From: Raillietiella orientalis | Lineage: Eukaryota | Assembly: GCA_036172245.1 (NCBI GenBank) | Contig: JAYWIR010000012.1 | Location: forward strand, 806,001-870,000 | Length of the DNA stretch: 64,000 nucleotides | Direction of reading: 5' to 3' | In this document: positions 12,581-25,900 of the stretch, piece by piece | Position numbering within the stretch: position 1 is the stretch's first letter | Layout of the letters: every line of letters begins with the position of its first letter | The notes under the pieces: model-generated | What the model saw: the letters and a program-made list of their open reading frames with translations, nothing else | What the model was told of the DNA's origin: nothing | Databases searched by the model: none | Position numbers and translations under genes: made by a program

Positions 12581-14229
12581 TTCAATGATTATTGTTAAAT
12601 AATTTTACCTCTCTTAAATAAATTTACATAATTCACTTTCAAGATTTACTATAAACAGTATATTTAAAATCACGTACAAACTCAATATTATTATCTAATG
12701 AATAAATTATGTATATAAATATTTTTATGTTACCTAATAATATTAAAATTATGTAAATTTATGCATACATATATATGTATTAGTTAACTTAACAGCTTAA
12801 CCGAATGACTACTAGGAAGATCTAGAGGCTGTTCAAGATGTATGGCAAGCAGAAGGTTTGTGGGGTCAACAACAACATTTGATATGGATGAAGGGGCTAA
12901 AAGACCCTTCCCTATAAGACACACCATGCATGAAGGAGCAGATTGGCCACGGTGGGGCAATGCAACAAAACCACGGCAAAATTCCCACCCTTGGTCCTAC
13001 GTTCACGGAAAATAGGTCTCGTTCTTTGCAAAGCATGAAGATTTAGAACAATTTATCGAATTCATTGAAGCCTGGAAAGATGATACCACCTTTTCTTGAA
13101 GAGATTTTAGAAGATGACACTTGTTGGAAAATGGAAGATACTTCAGATCGAATTGAACTCATCAGGTATACTGTTAAGAAAAGTGCAACCTCGAAAACTG
13201 AAGACGGACAAAAAAGCCTCTTTGGAAGTCTCTGATCTCTACAAACCACTTCCTGAAATCCGGCCTGAAGACGAAAGGCTGAATCATTTATTTCGGAATT
13301 CAAGCAGCTTGTTTAGAAAGAAAACGAACACAAACACACTCATCGGGAATATGTGATATGGATAAAACATGTTGCTTGGTCTGATCAATATGAGCTGTTT
13401 CTTGTGTAAACGAAACATAGTCATATGCCCGGATACAAACCGATCAGGGGTGATGTTATAATGTAATGTAGGAATGTAAGTGAAAATGTCAAACTGAACG
13501 CAGTTATCGTCGGAAAAAGAAGCAAGAAAAAAAAACATCATTGATTTGGAAGTGGACAGTCAACTGTAGATCAAAAAAACAAAAAAACTGCTCAGTTGCT
13601 GATTGGCACTCATTCGCCTAAAGTTATCGAAACAGCAACTCCAGTGTCTGCTTTCGGTGATTTCCCGACTCGCTAGCTGCAATAATTTCTCATATTCACT
13701 TTCGTTCATAGCGAACATCGAGAGAGATTGCAGGCATTCCTTCTTCGTGGTCTACTCAAATGTCCTTAAGCATGTCTGATCAAGATCATGATAGCAAAGA
13801 AATCAGGATGACTACCCGGGAAAAAAACGGATGCTGGATACGAGATCTTGCATGGTGACATCCCGAAAATGGGAATAAAGGTTTCTATACAGCTTGGTGT
13901 ATGCTGCTTTCACAATATCTGCATTCCCATTCTTACAAGAGCAATTTATTAATGGCTCCCGTGATAATGCACTTTTTAAAAATAATAACAAGAAGTCAAA
14001 TCATGACATTCCATCTGTAAGTTGATTTCAAACTGATCTCCCGGTTTCATTCTTCATTGCAATGCCCTTTTCATCCGAGTTTTGTTGACAAGCTATTTCT
14101 CAGCTTCATGATCTCTAATTCTTTGTTCCCATAACATTTCATGTTTTTTTTATCAACTTTCATTCGGTTTCAAATTTTCGCCGAACCATATTTTGCACTT
14201 GGCATTTTCAGGACATGACAGAAAAATCC

Positions 14230-14390
14230 GATTTTCATCTCATATAAAACGAAGACAGTGTAATACGTGTGTCCTGTTACCTGTGTGTATACGAGAGCTC
14301 AAAGAAACGTGGAATGAGAAGGCTATCAGAAAAACGGTACTCACAGAAGACTCTCATAGGATCAGAAATGAGGAAACTATAATTGAGAAA
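14230..14390 (+). mobile_element. Possible highly decayed RTE-clade LINE 3' fragment
   Basis: IKRRQCNTCVLLPVCI..ETW..HRIRNEE resembles the RTE C-terminal pattern (..CVLPV..YG.ETW..DRIRNEE). Recognised by eye only. Confidence 0.3.
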
Positions 14391-16547
14391 GATGAACTAA
14401 ATTCTCTATTTTCCCTTCCAAAATGCAAGTGTAATTGTCATGGTGGCCTGCAATTGTGTGAAATGGTGAGCGTGGATAAAATAGAAAGAGATGAGTTTGC
14501 CTAAACCTCAAAATAAAATGGCCAACGGGAATCAAAGAGCTTCATTACGGTACCTAAATGGAAGATGGACTTTCAGCTGCCTATAGGATTCAGTATGTAT
14601 TTGTGAGGTACTTCTCACAATGCCGAAGAGTGCATCCAGTAGTTGTGAATAATTTCTCGGACATCACTGCAGGCACTTTCTGCATGATTTTCCTAATGTG
14701 TTGCTATGGAAAACTGGGTCTAAAAAAATATTGCCTGGATCCTCAACGAAGATGAGGACATTTTATTTGTACCTCTTTGGAAGGAAGTACACTCTTCAGA
14801 ATGAAATAACAAAGTCACTAGACAAAAAGATTATCTTCGTGCTAATTATCAGATAGGACATCCTGTGTTCTGAATTTAGAATCGAAAAGATAGATCATTC
14901 CGTACCTTCCAAAAGTATGTAAAAAATGAACGTCCGACGTGGGGAAGGATACGCGCCCTCTTCAGAGAAAGCTGGCTGAAAGGTCAGCTGCTGGGGTGAA
15001 CCTCTTTAGAAAGAAAAATGAAACGTGCGTATTCAAGCAATTGCCGAGAATGAGATGGTTGTATGTGAATTTGCTTTTTAAGTGTTCGATGTGTATTCTA
15101 AGATGAGAGAAACACAGACTAAAATATGCAGAAAACATAGAAGGAGTTGAAACGAAAGAAATCAGATCCTAATCAGAATGAGAGCGATAACATGTCACAG
15201 GGGTCAAAGTCAAGAGCTTACAATTATTTTGTCCAAGTGGAGCTTCTTCTAGTATTTTGAAAGCACCTATCACCTTCTGTCGATGCATCCGCGCATTTCA
15301 AAGTACAAAGGCACTGCATGAATAAACGAAGCATTCTTTTTAAAGCAAAGGTGAATTTTCAAGTCAGTTTCGTAGCGACCGGAAATTACAAGCTGAAAGT
15401 AATTCAGGGAGTCCATACGATGAGCTGTAACGTGGCTGATGGCATCATCTGTTTTTGTAAACACTCAAGTGTCGAAACTCTGTACATTTCAGTGAATCTC
15501 TTGCATCCTATTTTGTAGGTCCCCTCAATGAACCAGGGATACCGATGGGGTTATTTTCCATTTTCTTGCTGCTTATTGCATCGGACACCCCGGTGATTCT
15601 GTCTTCTTAATTGCTTTTCCCATAGATGTGACAGTGATTTCGCAAAGATGTGAATTTCGCGAAATGGACCACGACAGGAACGAATTGCACAAGAGTTGAA
15701 GAATCTGGCAGGAAGTGTCCTCCCGGGGATCCATAGCGGATGCGTTGGCCAACGGGTAGAGCTGGAAGTAGACAGCAGCTTGCGTGTATGCACTTTGGTT
15801 TGCTGCCGTTTGGTAGAGGAGAAGATATGTTTTCTACCATCGTATCGATGTGCCGCTGTAGCTTGCATTGCCAGAGGGCAGCCTCTCACGTATCTGAAAA
15901 GTCATCGAGCATATGCAGGAGTTTCGATCAGGAATAGGCTACTCTGGCCAATAAAAGTGATGGGATGAAGGGAAAGGGGATAGTTAGTAGGGAAAAATCG
16001 TTCCACCCACGCTGATTAACCTTAGCAACCATTCTCCATGCTGAGCAGTGCCCTCCGGTTTGTGGCTGAGGGGTGGTTCGAGGCTCGGAGGCATCGGCCA
16101 GGTGAAAGGCACGAAGAAATCGGTGTTTCGACGGAGAGCCATCAACTCGGAGAATTTCTACTGCATCGGTAATCCATCACGAGCGTTCCGTGCAGTGCAA
16201 TTTCATTTCGTGGATGTGAATGAACGTATTCGAACCACGAAGAGCGCAACAGAACCTTTCCGTGAACGATGTTATGCAAACTGAAAAAGTGCATGGCCTT
16301 CTTAGGAAAGCATCCTATGCTTTTAAGATGGACGCTCTCCATACTGCAGTTGCATTCTGGAAACTTTTGTATTATATAAGTAATGCTTCCATGGATAAGT
16401 TGTTGGGAATGGGATCAGTAGCAGTGTTTGCTGAAGGCATTCTGTGACCATCTTGCCAGTCTTTGTACACAACTTGGTTGCCACCATCAGCGGCTATTGG
16501 CGACGTCGATTTGGTTCCTTCCAGGAAAAGTGATTGCATGCATCATA

Positions 16548-17260
16548 ATGTTAAGTAATTTTGGAAGGACACGAATTTTGTTGGTTCGCAGTTTATCTTA
16601 CGTGCAGGGACAGTGTGTGGATGGGAAAACGAGGGAGTATTTTTATTATGTAGATCATCAAGGAATGGTAAAGATTTTTGGATTTTGGTTTGCATTGCAT
16701 TTTTTGTCATTTTTAGCTTTATCTGGATGATGCAAAAATTAAGAATTTTACATCTTGTTTCAAAGGTAACACATGCATAAATAATAAAAAGTTTGCATTA
16801 TGAAATTACAGAAAAAAAATTCCTTACGTTCTTTTTCAAGCAACTGAAATTAAACAGTACACCAAGGTTTGCAAAGGAATTCCCCTATATTTCCATGTGT
16901 GGTAGAGAGTGCAACTATGTGAGATGTGATGATTTACCTGTTGTTTTTTTGAGTTTAATTCGCAAAAATAATGGCTATTTTTTAACATATGGATGTCAGT
17001 CCGACGGTCTCGTGCAAGAATTTGAACCAGAGAAATTAATAATGCTAAGTGAAACAGGAAGAATATATCATCCTGCCAAAAAAGAAGCTGGGGGTGTAGG
17101 TTTAATCAAATCCTCATTAGCTCTCGAATTGGGTAATCACTTTGAATTTGGCTTAGGAGAAACGAATTTCCCAACAAACTTTGTCTGGAATAATGAAAAG
17201 TACAAGCTAACTTATGAATTGCATCCCATACTATTAACTCACAAGAATAGTCTTTCTTGA
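16548..17260 (+). CDS. C8orf82: UPF0598 / C8orf82 (DUF4505) homologue; 3 exons: 16548-16667, 16717-16765, 16812-17260
   Basis: Spliced product has YVQGQ..REYFYYVDHQGM|LYLDDAKIKNFTSCFK|EKKFL..FPYISMCGRECNYVRCDDLPVVF..GRIYHPA..GGVGLIKSSLA. GT-AG introns of 49 and 46 nt keep the frame. Confidence 0.93.
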
Positions 17261-19078
17261 TACAGAATGTAGCTAGGTATGCAGTTAGACACAATACATC
17301 CCATGTAAACTGAAAAGTAATGTTCTCTATGTAATGTTTTGCATGTTTGTCAGGCTCAATAAATGCAATGTCACAGGTGCTTGATTGACTATTTATTTCT
17401 TTGGACATGATTATGTGTTTCGTATCTTCGAACTTGATAAACCCTTTCCTCCTAAGAGCATAACAAACCCAACTTTGGTTGAGAATTAATCAGCTCCCAG
17501 GATTTCAGTGTTCATGTGCAATCTGTAAGGTATTAAAACCTGAGCAAAAACAGCCTTCAGGTATCTGATAAAGTGTGGTAAATTGAAGTTGAACAGAAAT
17601 AATTGATACAGTCCAAGAAAGCTGGATGTAAAATAAGTGAAGCAATATTTGTTTAATGTGGCTTGATGAATAACATGAGAGCCATGTAACAAAATGGAAA
17701 AAGAATTGACAGAGATTGCAAGCAGTGATTTGATTGTTTAATTCTATCTAAATGCTGGATCTAAATTCTATCTAATGATTGTTTATTGGTACCACATGTT
17801 TTTTTTTTTTTTTCTACGGAAATATTTCAAGTCATATGTTTTAGACATTTTACTTTAGAGAATAATGGCTCTTCAGATGGTTCAGGCCTTACTTTTAACC
17901 TCACCCTCCCCTCCTTTTTTTTGGTAAACAGTGTGCATAGATAAAAGTGTCAGCTTACAGTCTGGTTGATTTGCACTTGTGTTTGCAGGATGCATACACA
18001 GATGGATGGATAGGAGATGAAACACGAATTAGTAATGAAGATTGCAGATAATAATTTATGCAGGTGTTGTAGCAGACAAATTCAACTGTCTTCATGTGTT
18101 CACGTATGATCACAAGGCTGTAGCTTGCATATTGTGCGGTTGCTGGAAAATCCAGCCACAGTCGTTTTTTAATCAGACGCGACTTTTGGGTCTGCCTACA
18201 CCATAGGTGAGGTATGACCTGTTTTTCATGCACAAAGTCCAAAGAGTGCTGCTAATCTTGTTAAAGATTTGAAGCGGTAAGAAGGCGCGAGTCGGTCGTG
18301 GGTTTTTTTGGCGGTAATAGCGGGATGGGAAGGGACGAAAATGCAGGACAGGACGAGAAGGACAGGTTCCTTTAAGGCATATGAAGGTTTGACCCCTCCT
18401 GACGAGTTGTACACGTAACGATAAATGAAAGGAACATAAGATGTCCCAAAGTCAGTTAACTGGGTCCCAGTAGCTGAAGGCTGCTTTCGTTGCTGCGATT
18501 TGCCACCTCTTCCGCGCGTTACGAGAGAAACGTTGGGAACCGCCAGGGCAGGGCCTCCACCGCGAGACAGATCTCGCGAAGCGAATTTCATCGGAGCAAC
18601 ATGAGCAAACCTCGAGAATTCGGTGCCCGAAGAGGGCACGCACCGCCACCGGCTATCTCCACGAACGCGCTGCGCTCCCAAAGTCAAAGCAATTAACCCT
18701 CATTGGGTCGGAGTAGGTGGGTTGCGTGGGTGTGTGGCGCAATCAATGGGTATTGCGTAGATCGGACAACCGATTGGCTTGGTTCGCCTACCGGAACTCA
18801 AATATCCGATCGGGATGGACCTTTTAGAATGTGGATTGCGATTAGTTCGTCAGCAGCCAGCGGGTAAACCTCCTCCCGTTGTGCCACGATCTTGGTAGAA
18901 CCACCGAAACTTTTGCGCGAGGCGCTCATTCCCGTTCAAGGCATCTCCACGGAAACTACAAAATTGTATTGGTCAGGCAGATTGTCGACTCGTAACCGTG
19001 TCGTTGGCTCAACATCGTATGGGGTCATTTCTGTGTCTATGCTACATCGCCGTGTCCTTGCCTGACCGGCGTGGGGTC

Positions 19079-19314
19079 GGCTGATCACCGCGTCGTCGCT
19101 CCATTAGTATACATCATTTATTCTCAGTGCCCGGTCGTTGAGAAATCATCGTGTCTCCGGCTCATCACCGTGCCGATTGACGATCGCCGTGTCGCTGATG
19201 CATGTTCGATCAGGTCTCCGTCTTATCTTGTTGTCTTTGGCTGATCATCTTGACGTCAACTGATCTCCGTGTCGCTGGCTCATCTCGGTAGCATCGGCTG
19301 ATCTTCGTGTCGAT
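19079..19314. repeat. Degenerate 19-nt tandem repeat (consensus ~GGCTGATCWCCGTGTCGYT)
   Basis: Units start at 19239, 19258, 19277 and 19296 (exact 19-nt period). Further units at 19079, 19159 and 19179. Confidence 0.7.
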
Positions 19315-22300
19315 ATCGGATCATTGCATGGTCGCCTCTTCTCCGTGTGATCTTCCTCCAGGTCGATGGTCCGGCTGCGGCACTTTCTCCTAGCACAGAC
19401 GGATCTGTAATCAGAAACAATGACTGAAAAAGCTCCACTTTGTGTGCCGACACGATCAGCTCAACTCTCTCGTTCGTACGCTATACGGAGAGCCTTTCCG
19501 AGTACACTTTCAACCGGTTGTAATGAAAAGACGTTGTTAGGAGGCAACACAAAGTGGAGCGCCGCAATAGCGTGAGCGTAACTTTCAGGGGCGGAGGACC
19601 ACCACGGAGTTGTTCCTGGAGATGCACGCCTGCCAATGAAGAGAGACTTCTCTACAACGAGGTTCTTCGATTACGTGATGTCCATCCCTAGGTGTGCACA
19701 TATATACAAGCAGAAATGGCAGCTGCTTGAGTTTCCTCAGTCATCACCGACGTGTGCCGAGATGAAGCGAGGCGCTTCCTGTGCTGATGAAATCGTTTGC
19801 AGAGTTTCTTTGGGTTTCGAACTCACTTCCTCACTCACAGTCAGAAGCGATCTGCTTCCAATACGCAGCGCGTGCACTGATCCGATCCGCCTCTCAAAAG
19901 CCACAGGGTGTAACAAACTGTAAGTGCACGAATCACCGGGGCTGGCTCGATTCTCATTTTACTCGCACACACGTACATGGCTTTGGATTACAAAGCGTGC
20001 CCCCCCCCCCACACACACACAACCAGGTTACTTGCTGGGTAGCCGCATGAAGGACCGACTGGTTGTTTGCGTGCCAAAGTTCGAGGTCACATCGACGAAT
20101 TTTTGTTGTGCCTCGCCTGCAATTCCCCAAACGAGACGTCTTTTCCACATTGGTGCGTCTCTTCCCTTCCGAAGAGGTTCTTTTCAAACAGTTCACTTTC
20201 TCATTTCTCCATTCGACAGAAAGGAAAGATTCTGTTGCATTTAGCAAAGTTCTGCGCACTGATTGATGGCTGAAATCCCCTTGCGTTCTTTAGAGGCCTT
20301 TCTTAGGTCTATCTGCATCCATGCATTTTGCTGACAGCACTTCAGGTGTCGTACTTGGCTTCGATTCACTTTAGCATCTTTAACTTTGAATTTCGAATCG
20401 TTTGGGGAGGGTTCTCGTGATTTTTTCCCTCTTCTTATTCCGTGATGCACTTTCTAAAAAGAATCCAGTAGCCTTCTGTAGATCTCAAAAACCCAAACAG
20501 TTTTCCACTATGTGTTCGGTGTTCTGCACTCTCCCTGTATTCCATGCGGCGGAGGGCAGAGTCGACGGAACACGTCAGGCAAGCTCGGCTGCTGAAAATC
20601 CCAAAAGGCGCTTAAAGTAGACACCATTCGCGAGAAACTGAAAACTCGGCTCAAGGTGCGTACGTGGGTGGTACGAAGTGAGAAAGAATGCCGGCTTCCG
20701 TACAGATGCACGCATGTGCGTTTCCGGTGCAGATCGCGTACATTATGCATTGCATGGGAGCAGGGCAGATGCACGACGATGACTCTGCCTTGGGTGCTTC
20801 ATCGGACGATTGTGTTTCCGGTTCTCACACACTCGCTGCCGATGCGAAGTTCGCTTACGCACGCAACTGCCAATTTACTGAGGTGTCCCCCTGGAGCTTC
20901 GACGGCGCGGCCCTCCTTGAGGCGTTCAGACACAGTCGGACTGGTGTCAGCCATGTCCATACGCAGTGTCAACCCATGAGATATTGCCTCTGAGCAGGTG
21001 ATTTGCGCTCTCCTGAACGGTTCCCTGCTGCAAGCGAATGTGACATGCCGGTTTGCCTCAAAGTAGGGAACCTCGAGTCCCGGAATTTCAAACACCGTTT
21101 TTCGAGTGTGGTTTCCAGGCCTCCTTTCGGCTTGCGCGCTGAGCGCGTCACGTGACGTCGAAGGACAACGTGAAATGATTTTTCCTAATGAAGTGGAAAC
21201 AAAGAGATCCCGGCTTGTTCCAGTTTTCAAATACAGGTTTCCTGGAAGAGTGCCGAGACTGGGTTTCCCGTGCTCTGCAGGATTCGGAAATAACTAGCAG
21301 ATTGTGACCAAAGTTTCTGAGAATCATGGCCAGAAGAAAGGGATAATATCCCAGGGGATTTCCGGATCGTTGTCCACGTTCCATCGTGGGTACAGAAGTC
21401 TTCCGGTTTGCATTTTCAGAAAAGACACGGCAAAGCAGGTCAACTCCACAGGGCATGAAAAAAAAGTACGCACGTCAAATATGTTGAACAACATGCTCGT
21501 TTTTGCGATCTACCGGAAGGCTGCTTTTGGAAGACCTTTTGGAATTTCTTCGGGTTGATCCAAACTGCGTATCCTACGAGTTGGCGAAATCCTAAGAGTC
21601 GAGAGAAGTTTGACCTTCTCCCGACTGACGCGTGGCAAGGTGGTTCATTTGTCCACACATGCAAGCTCGGCCCAATCGAGCGAGGGTGTGAAACACTTCA
21701 GACGAGTGCTTTTCTCTATGTGTGATTCTCGAGCGGAAATTACTTCGCCCCTTTTCCCAACGATGCTCTGATCACTTGTGTGGTTCTCCGCTGCTTCCAC
21801 TCTCTCCCCTTGCGTATTTTGTTGTCAAATGCGTCGCGGGTTTGCCGTGCGATTTCTTTCTGAATCACCTTTTCTAGATCTCTTGCTCTGGCGCACCAAC
21901 AGCATATGGCCGTTTAAGGCCCACAGTCAGGTACCCTACGGAGGGCACACATGGCAGGAATCTGGCTGCTGCCGGCGGGCACCCGACTTGCCAGAGCGGC
22001 GACCATACGTCCGGGTCTATCAAACCGGGGATTTTTTGCTCGTAGTTTCACCTTCCCAGACGCTTCCCCCCCGAAGAAGCCTGCCCCAGCACTTTCCTAC
22101 ACTGCACTTTCTCTGCCTTGCCCTATCGCGCGAATTGGTCTCGGATGACCTGCCAAGTGTCCGAATTCACATCGTACAAATATGCACGGTCGTGGCAGAT
22201 CCCCACGACTTTCCGGCTTTGGACGGTAAGTTCCCCTTCCGACGCGCGCCCCCAGCAACTTGATGCAGCGGGAGTGGACACGGGAGACGTGTACAAAGAT

Positions 22301-22514
22301 GGCGTGAAACCCACACTCGCGCATTGCGTTGGCTGGCCGTGTCCTTCCTTCATGCAGGCTCGTCCACGTTTCGTCTATCGAATGTAGTGACCCTTTGCTT
22401 TCTCCAGTCGTACGTGGACGAACACGTTTCAGTCTTCGTGGTTGCCGTGGATGCCGTCACTTACGTACAAAGAACACCGCCACGGTCGCCTCTGGGTGCC
22501 CATCGAAATCCCGA

Positions 22515-22993
22515 ATGTCGAAATCTCGAAAGGTCTTGAAAAATAAATACATAACTTTATCGTATATATCGATATATAAATGTAGATTAATATAAAAATC
22601 TATTATAACATACATATTAGAAATTTTGTTTTTAAGACATGTATTTGTTGATATTGAATGTGTTTATTATTAAAAGAAGTAATACTTATTAATATATCTA
22701 TAACACACGAATACGTAACGTTAATTAGACTATGATATATATATACTGCTGGTAAATTTCATGCGTGATGAATACATATTAAATAAATATGTATAAATAT
22801 AGAATTATAAAAAGTAATGGGGCCGATTAAGAATTGTGGAAAAAACATTTATGTATTTCTAATCTTGAATATATTTATATTAATAACGTACATCAATGCA
22901 CATCATTAAGTATATGAGTAACATGTTCTATAATCTAATGTGCGTAATAAACATACGTATTTATTTTTCTTCCAAGATTTCGAAATTCGAAAT
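22515..22993. mobile_element. AT-rich MITE/foldback-like element with imperfect ~40-bp terminal inverted repeats
   Basis: Left ATGTCGAAATCTCGAAAGGTCTTGAAAAATAAATACATA is roughly the reverse complement of right TACGTATTTATTTTTCTTCCAAGATTTCGAAATTCGAAAT. The AT-rich interior is sharply bounded within GC-rich DNA. Confidence 0.6.
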
Positions 22994-25900
22994 ATTTTCA
23001 AACGCTGCTCAGGCCTTGCGCGCCTGCCTCGCCATGACAACCGGCTGTGCCTGGCGCATCTCCATCGCGGGGTCGGGCGCTCCCGCTGCCCGCTTCTCAG
23101 GCTCTCCATGCTAATTGGCATCGTTCCGGACTGGGAGGCAAAGGCAATTCCATTCACTGGGTATGCCACCGGCTTTTGATCCAGTGGCGCAGCATCCCAA
23201 CCTAAGAACTAGGCTTCCCCGAGTAACCCGCGCTGAGGGTTTTCGCGATCAACCCAGCCTCGGTGGGTCCAGCAGAAATCCAGCCTCCTGCTCTTCACCA
23301 GGAACTGGGACACCGGCGAGGAAGGCGCGAACGGCTCTCGCGGCGAAGAGAACGAGCTTCGGATTTACGACCATCAAGGCACCGTCGTCGTACAGAATAC
23401 GTCCACTTGCGAACCGCGACGTGGCCTCGCGCGCCCGCCTGCAAGCGTACCGGTACCCTCCTTAGGTCTCCCCAAGCCATCCCTCCCTTTCACAAGATGC
23501 GGTTCCTCCCCTGCAACCAAAGCGAAAATGCTCGGCCTCTGAACGCTTCCGGAAACCGGGCATCGCTGACCTGTCACGAGCCCGCACTCGGCAGCGCAAA
23601 CCCAACTGCACTTCCACGGACCACGACAAGCAGAAGAACAGAGCCTTCCAGCGGACACTCTGGAAGCTCAGCGCGCCTGCCGGGCAGCCGCTCCTTCGAA
23701 AGTGGGCGCACTTTCACCCACTTCTGCGATTTCTCCAGCGGAGTGCCCGAGGCGCGCAGGAAGGTAAGTTCGCCACTGTCCGCCAGAAACGCCCTGACGT
23801 GCAACACTCGCAATGAGAAACCACAGCGTCTTTCGGATGTGCGGACGCACCGTCAGTGACCAGGGTTGAAAATCCACCTTGCCGATGGAACAAACACCCT
23901 CTCTTCATCATGTGAGCACGAACACTGCGATGCAGGAACTCGTTTTCGAGAGTGTTCGCCTCCTTTCCAAGCTCTCAGGCAAGAGTTACCCTCCGATGTT
24001 CTGCAGACTCTTGTTTCCCATCTGCTTGCAAGATAAACATCGTTACCAGACCAGGCTCACTCATTTGTGAGCTACCCGATCGTGTGCCGGGACGTACCCC
24101 ATCGACACGTGCATCGCCCTTGGTCCTTCAGAATGCAGGCGACCAAAAGGAGTCCCACGGCTTGTTTTCCGGACGATACCAGCGTTGTGAATGTTGCAGT
24201 GGGCAGGATGCCCTAGGGTAGCCAAGCGCACGATTACCTCCAGTACATTCAAGACATCATTTTCACCACGAGTTCAACTTTCCAAGTCTTCCATGGATCC
24301 GCACGCGAGTCAGCTTCCGCCCTCTGCACATGACACTCTTCGTGGCAAGCGAGTTGACGGAGGTCCCGAACGCTTCCGCGGCGCGACACGCTGCGACGTG
24401 TCCGAACAGATTTCTTCCCGTCCAGCTGTTTCCTTAGTGCGCTTCATCCGTTCCTGAAGAAGAGGGATGCTGGGCTCCTGACAACCACTGGGAGGCTGCA
24501 GGAAACCGCTAATCGATGACGCTTTCTCAACGGAGTTTCGAAAGCGCTCTTCGAATTCCGCGAACGCGGTCCTCGCGCGTGCATGCACAACCCGTTCAGG
24601 TGGACCAGAAGTGGATGCTCGTGCATTGGCTTCTGGTCTCGCAGCGGCCCCCATGGTCCCGTGGCCTTGAGTTCGAGGAGGGAATCGACTGTTAGCATCG
24701 ATGAACGAAGGACCTTTGTGCGGGAAAGCCAGCGAGAAACGCACTGACACCCAAGCGGGCTGTTTCGTAGAGTTGGTCCGCGCATGTTGCGTCTGCTGAA
24801 TCGTCGGTGCATCTCCGTGGGGCTTCTTGGGGTACAGCAAAGCTTCCTGAATGAGCACTTGCGGCGCCATGCGTTCCCCACTCACGTGAATCCCGGAGCT
24901 ATCACCTGTCTGGGGCAACTCCTCGGTTCCCAGTCGCTCACCCCTTTGCTCTCTCTCCTTTCGCTTCTGCCGGGTGGCACCCGTCGACTGGCAAAAAATT
25001 CGCAGCTGTCGCGATTCAACTCTGCAAGCGATCCCGACACCGGTCGACCGTGTGGCCATGAAGGTTGCGTCAGGCTGACTGGGAAAATTTCATCGTGAAG
25101 GAAACTGACACCCATTGCGGCAGTCTTCCTCCTCCTCCCGCCCTAGCCAAAATACTCACCTAAATGTGGTGATTTGGCGCCATCAGCAGCCGCACGTCAT
25201 ATTCCGCAGGCGCAAGACGTCTGCTCAGCTTGGGCTGCTCGCCTTTTCCTGCACCTTCACAAGACCAGCAGCGGACGGAGGATCCACTACCGCCTTTTCC
25301 GCAACCATGCGCTCATCCTCTGGGGATGCTGAGACCACACGCTGGCGATACTGCCGGAAGGAACTGGCCGTTCAGGAAAGGAGCGCACCCGACTGCAGGT
25401 GGCTCTCCTCTTCTTCATCGCCTGTTCCGCGCTCGCTGTCTTTCTTCTTGACCTTCACGGTCCAGGGCGACGCGGCCGTTTCTCGAAGGCAGGAAAAATG
25501 CCCCCATCGTTTGGCGTCTTCGTTTTCCGTAGCCAGGGAGTGCAATAAGACCAGCAGCAATTCAGGAGACAGCCACTCTCCTTACTTCGCCCTGTGGCTG
25601 CCTGGCCACGAACGTCGCCGGCTCCGAAATTCTCGACGGACTGTGGACGTTCCTCCTTTGCGCATCATGAGGGCGCTCCGACACGTTTCCGGAGGACTGG
25701 TGTCCGTTGGCACCCCGCTGGATTTAGCAGCGCAGGAAGGCAACAGCGCTGCTTGGCACCGTCGAGAGGTGAGCACGAATTCGGACCTCACCCAAGGCGA
25801 ATGCTGGACGATCTCCTGCCGCCATGCGCGACGGGATGCCGCTTCGTTCCTTTGAGAGGACCAGCCGCTTACGTGGATGTGTCTTCTGTCGGATGTCCAC

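Noticed and set aside
12815..13330. Possible decayed gag-like coding remnant
   Set aside because: Multiple stops and no diagnostic motif.
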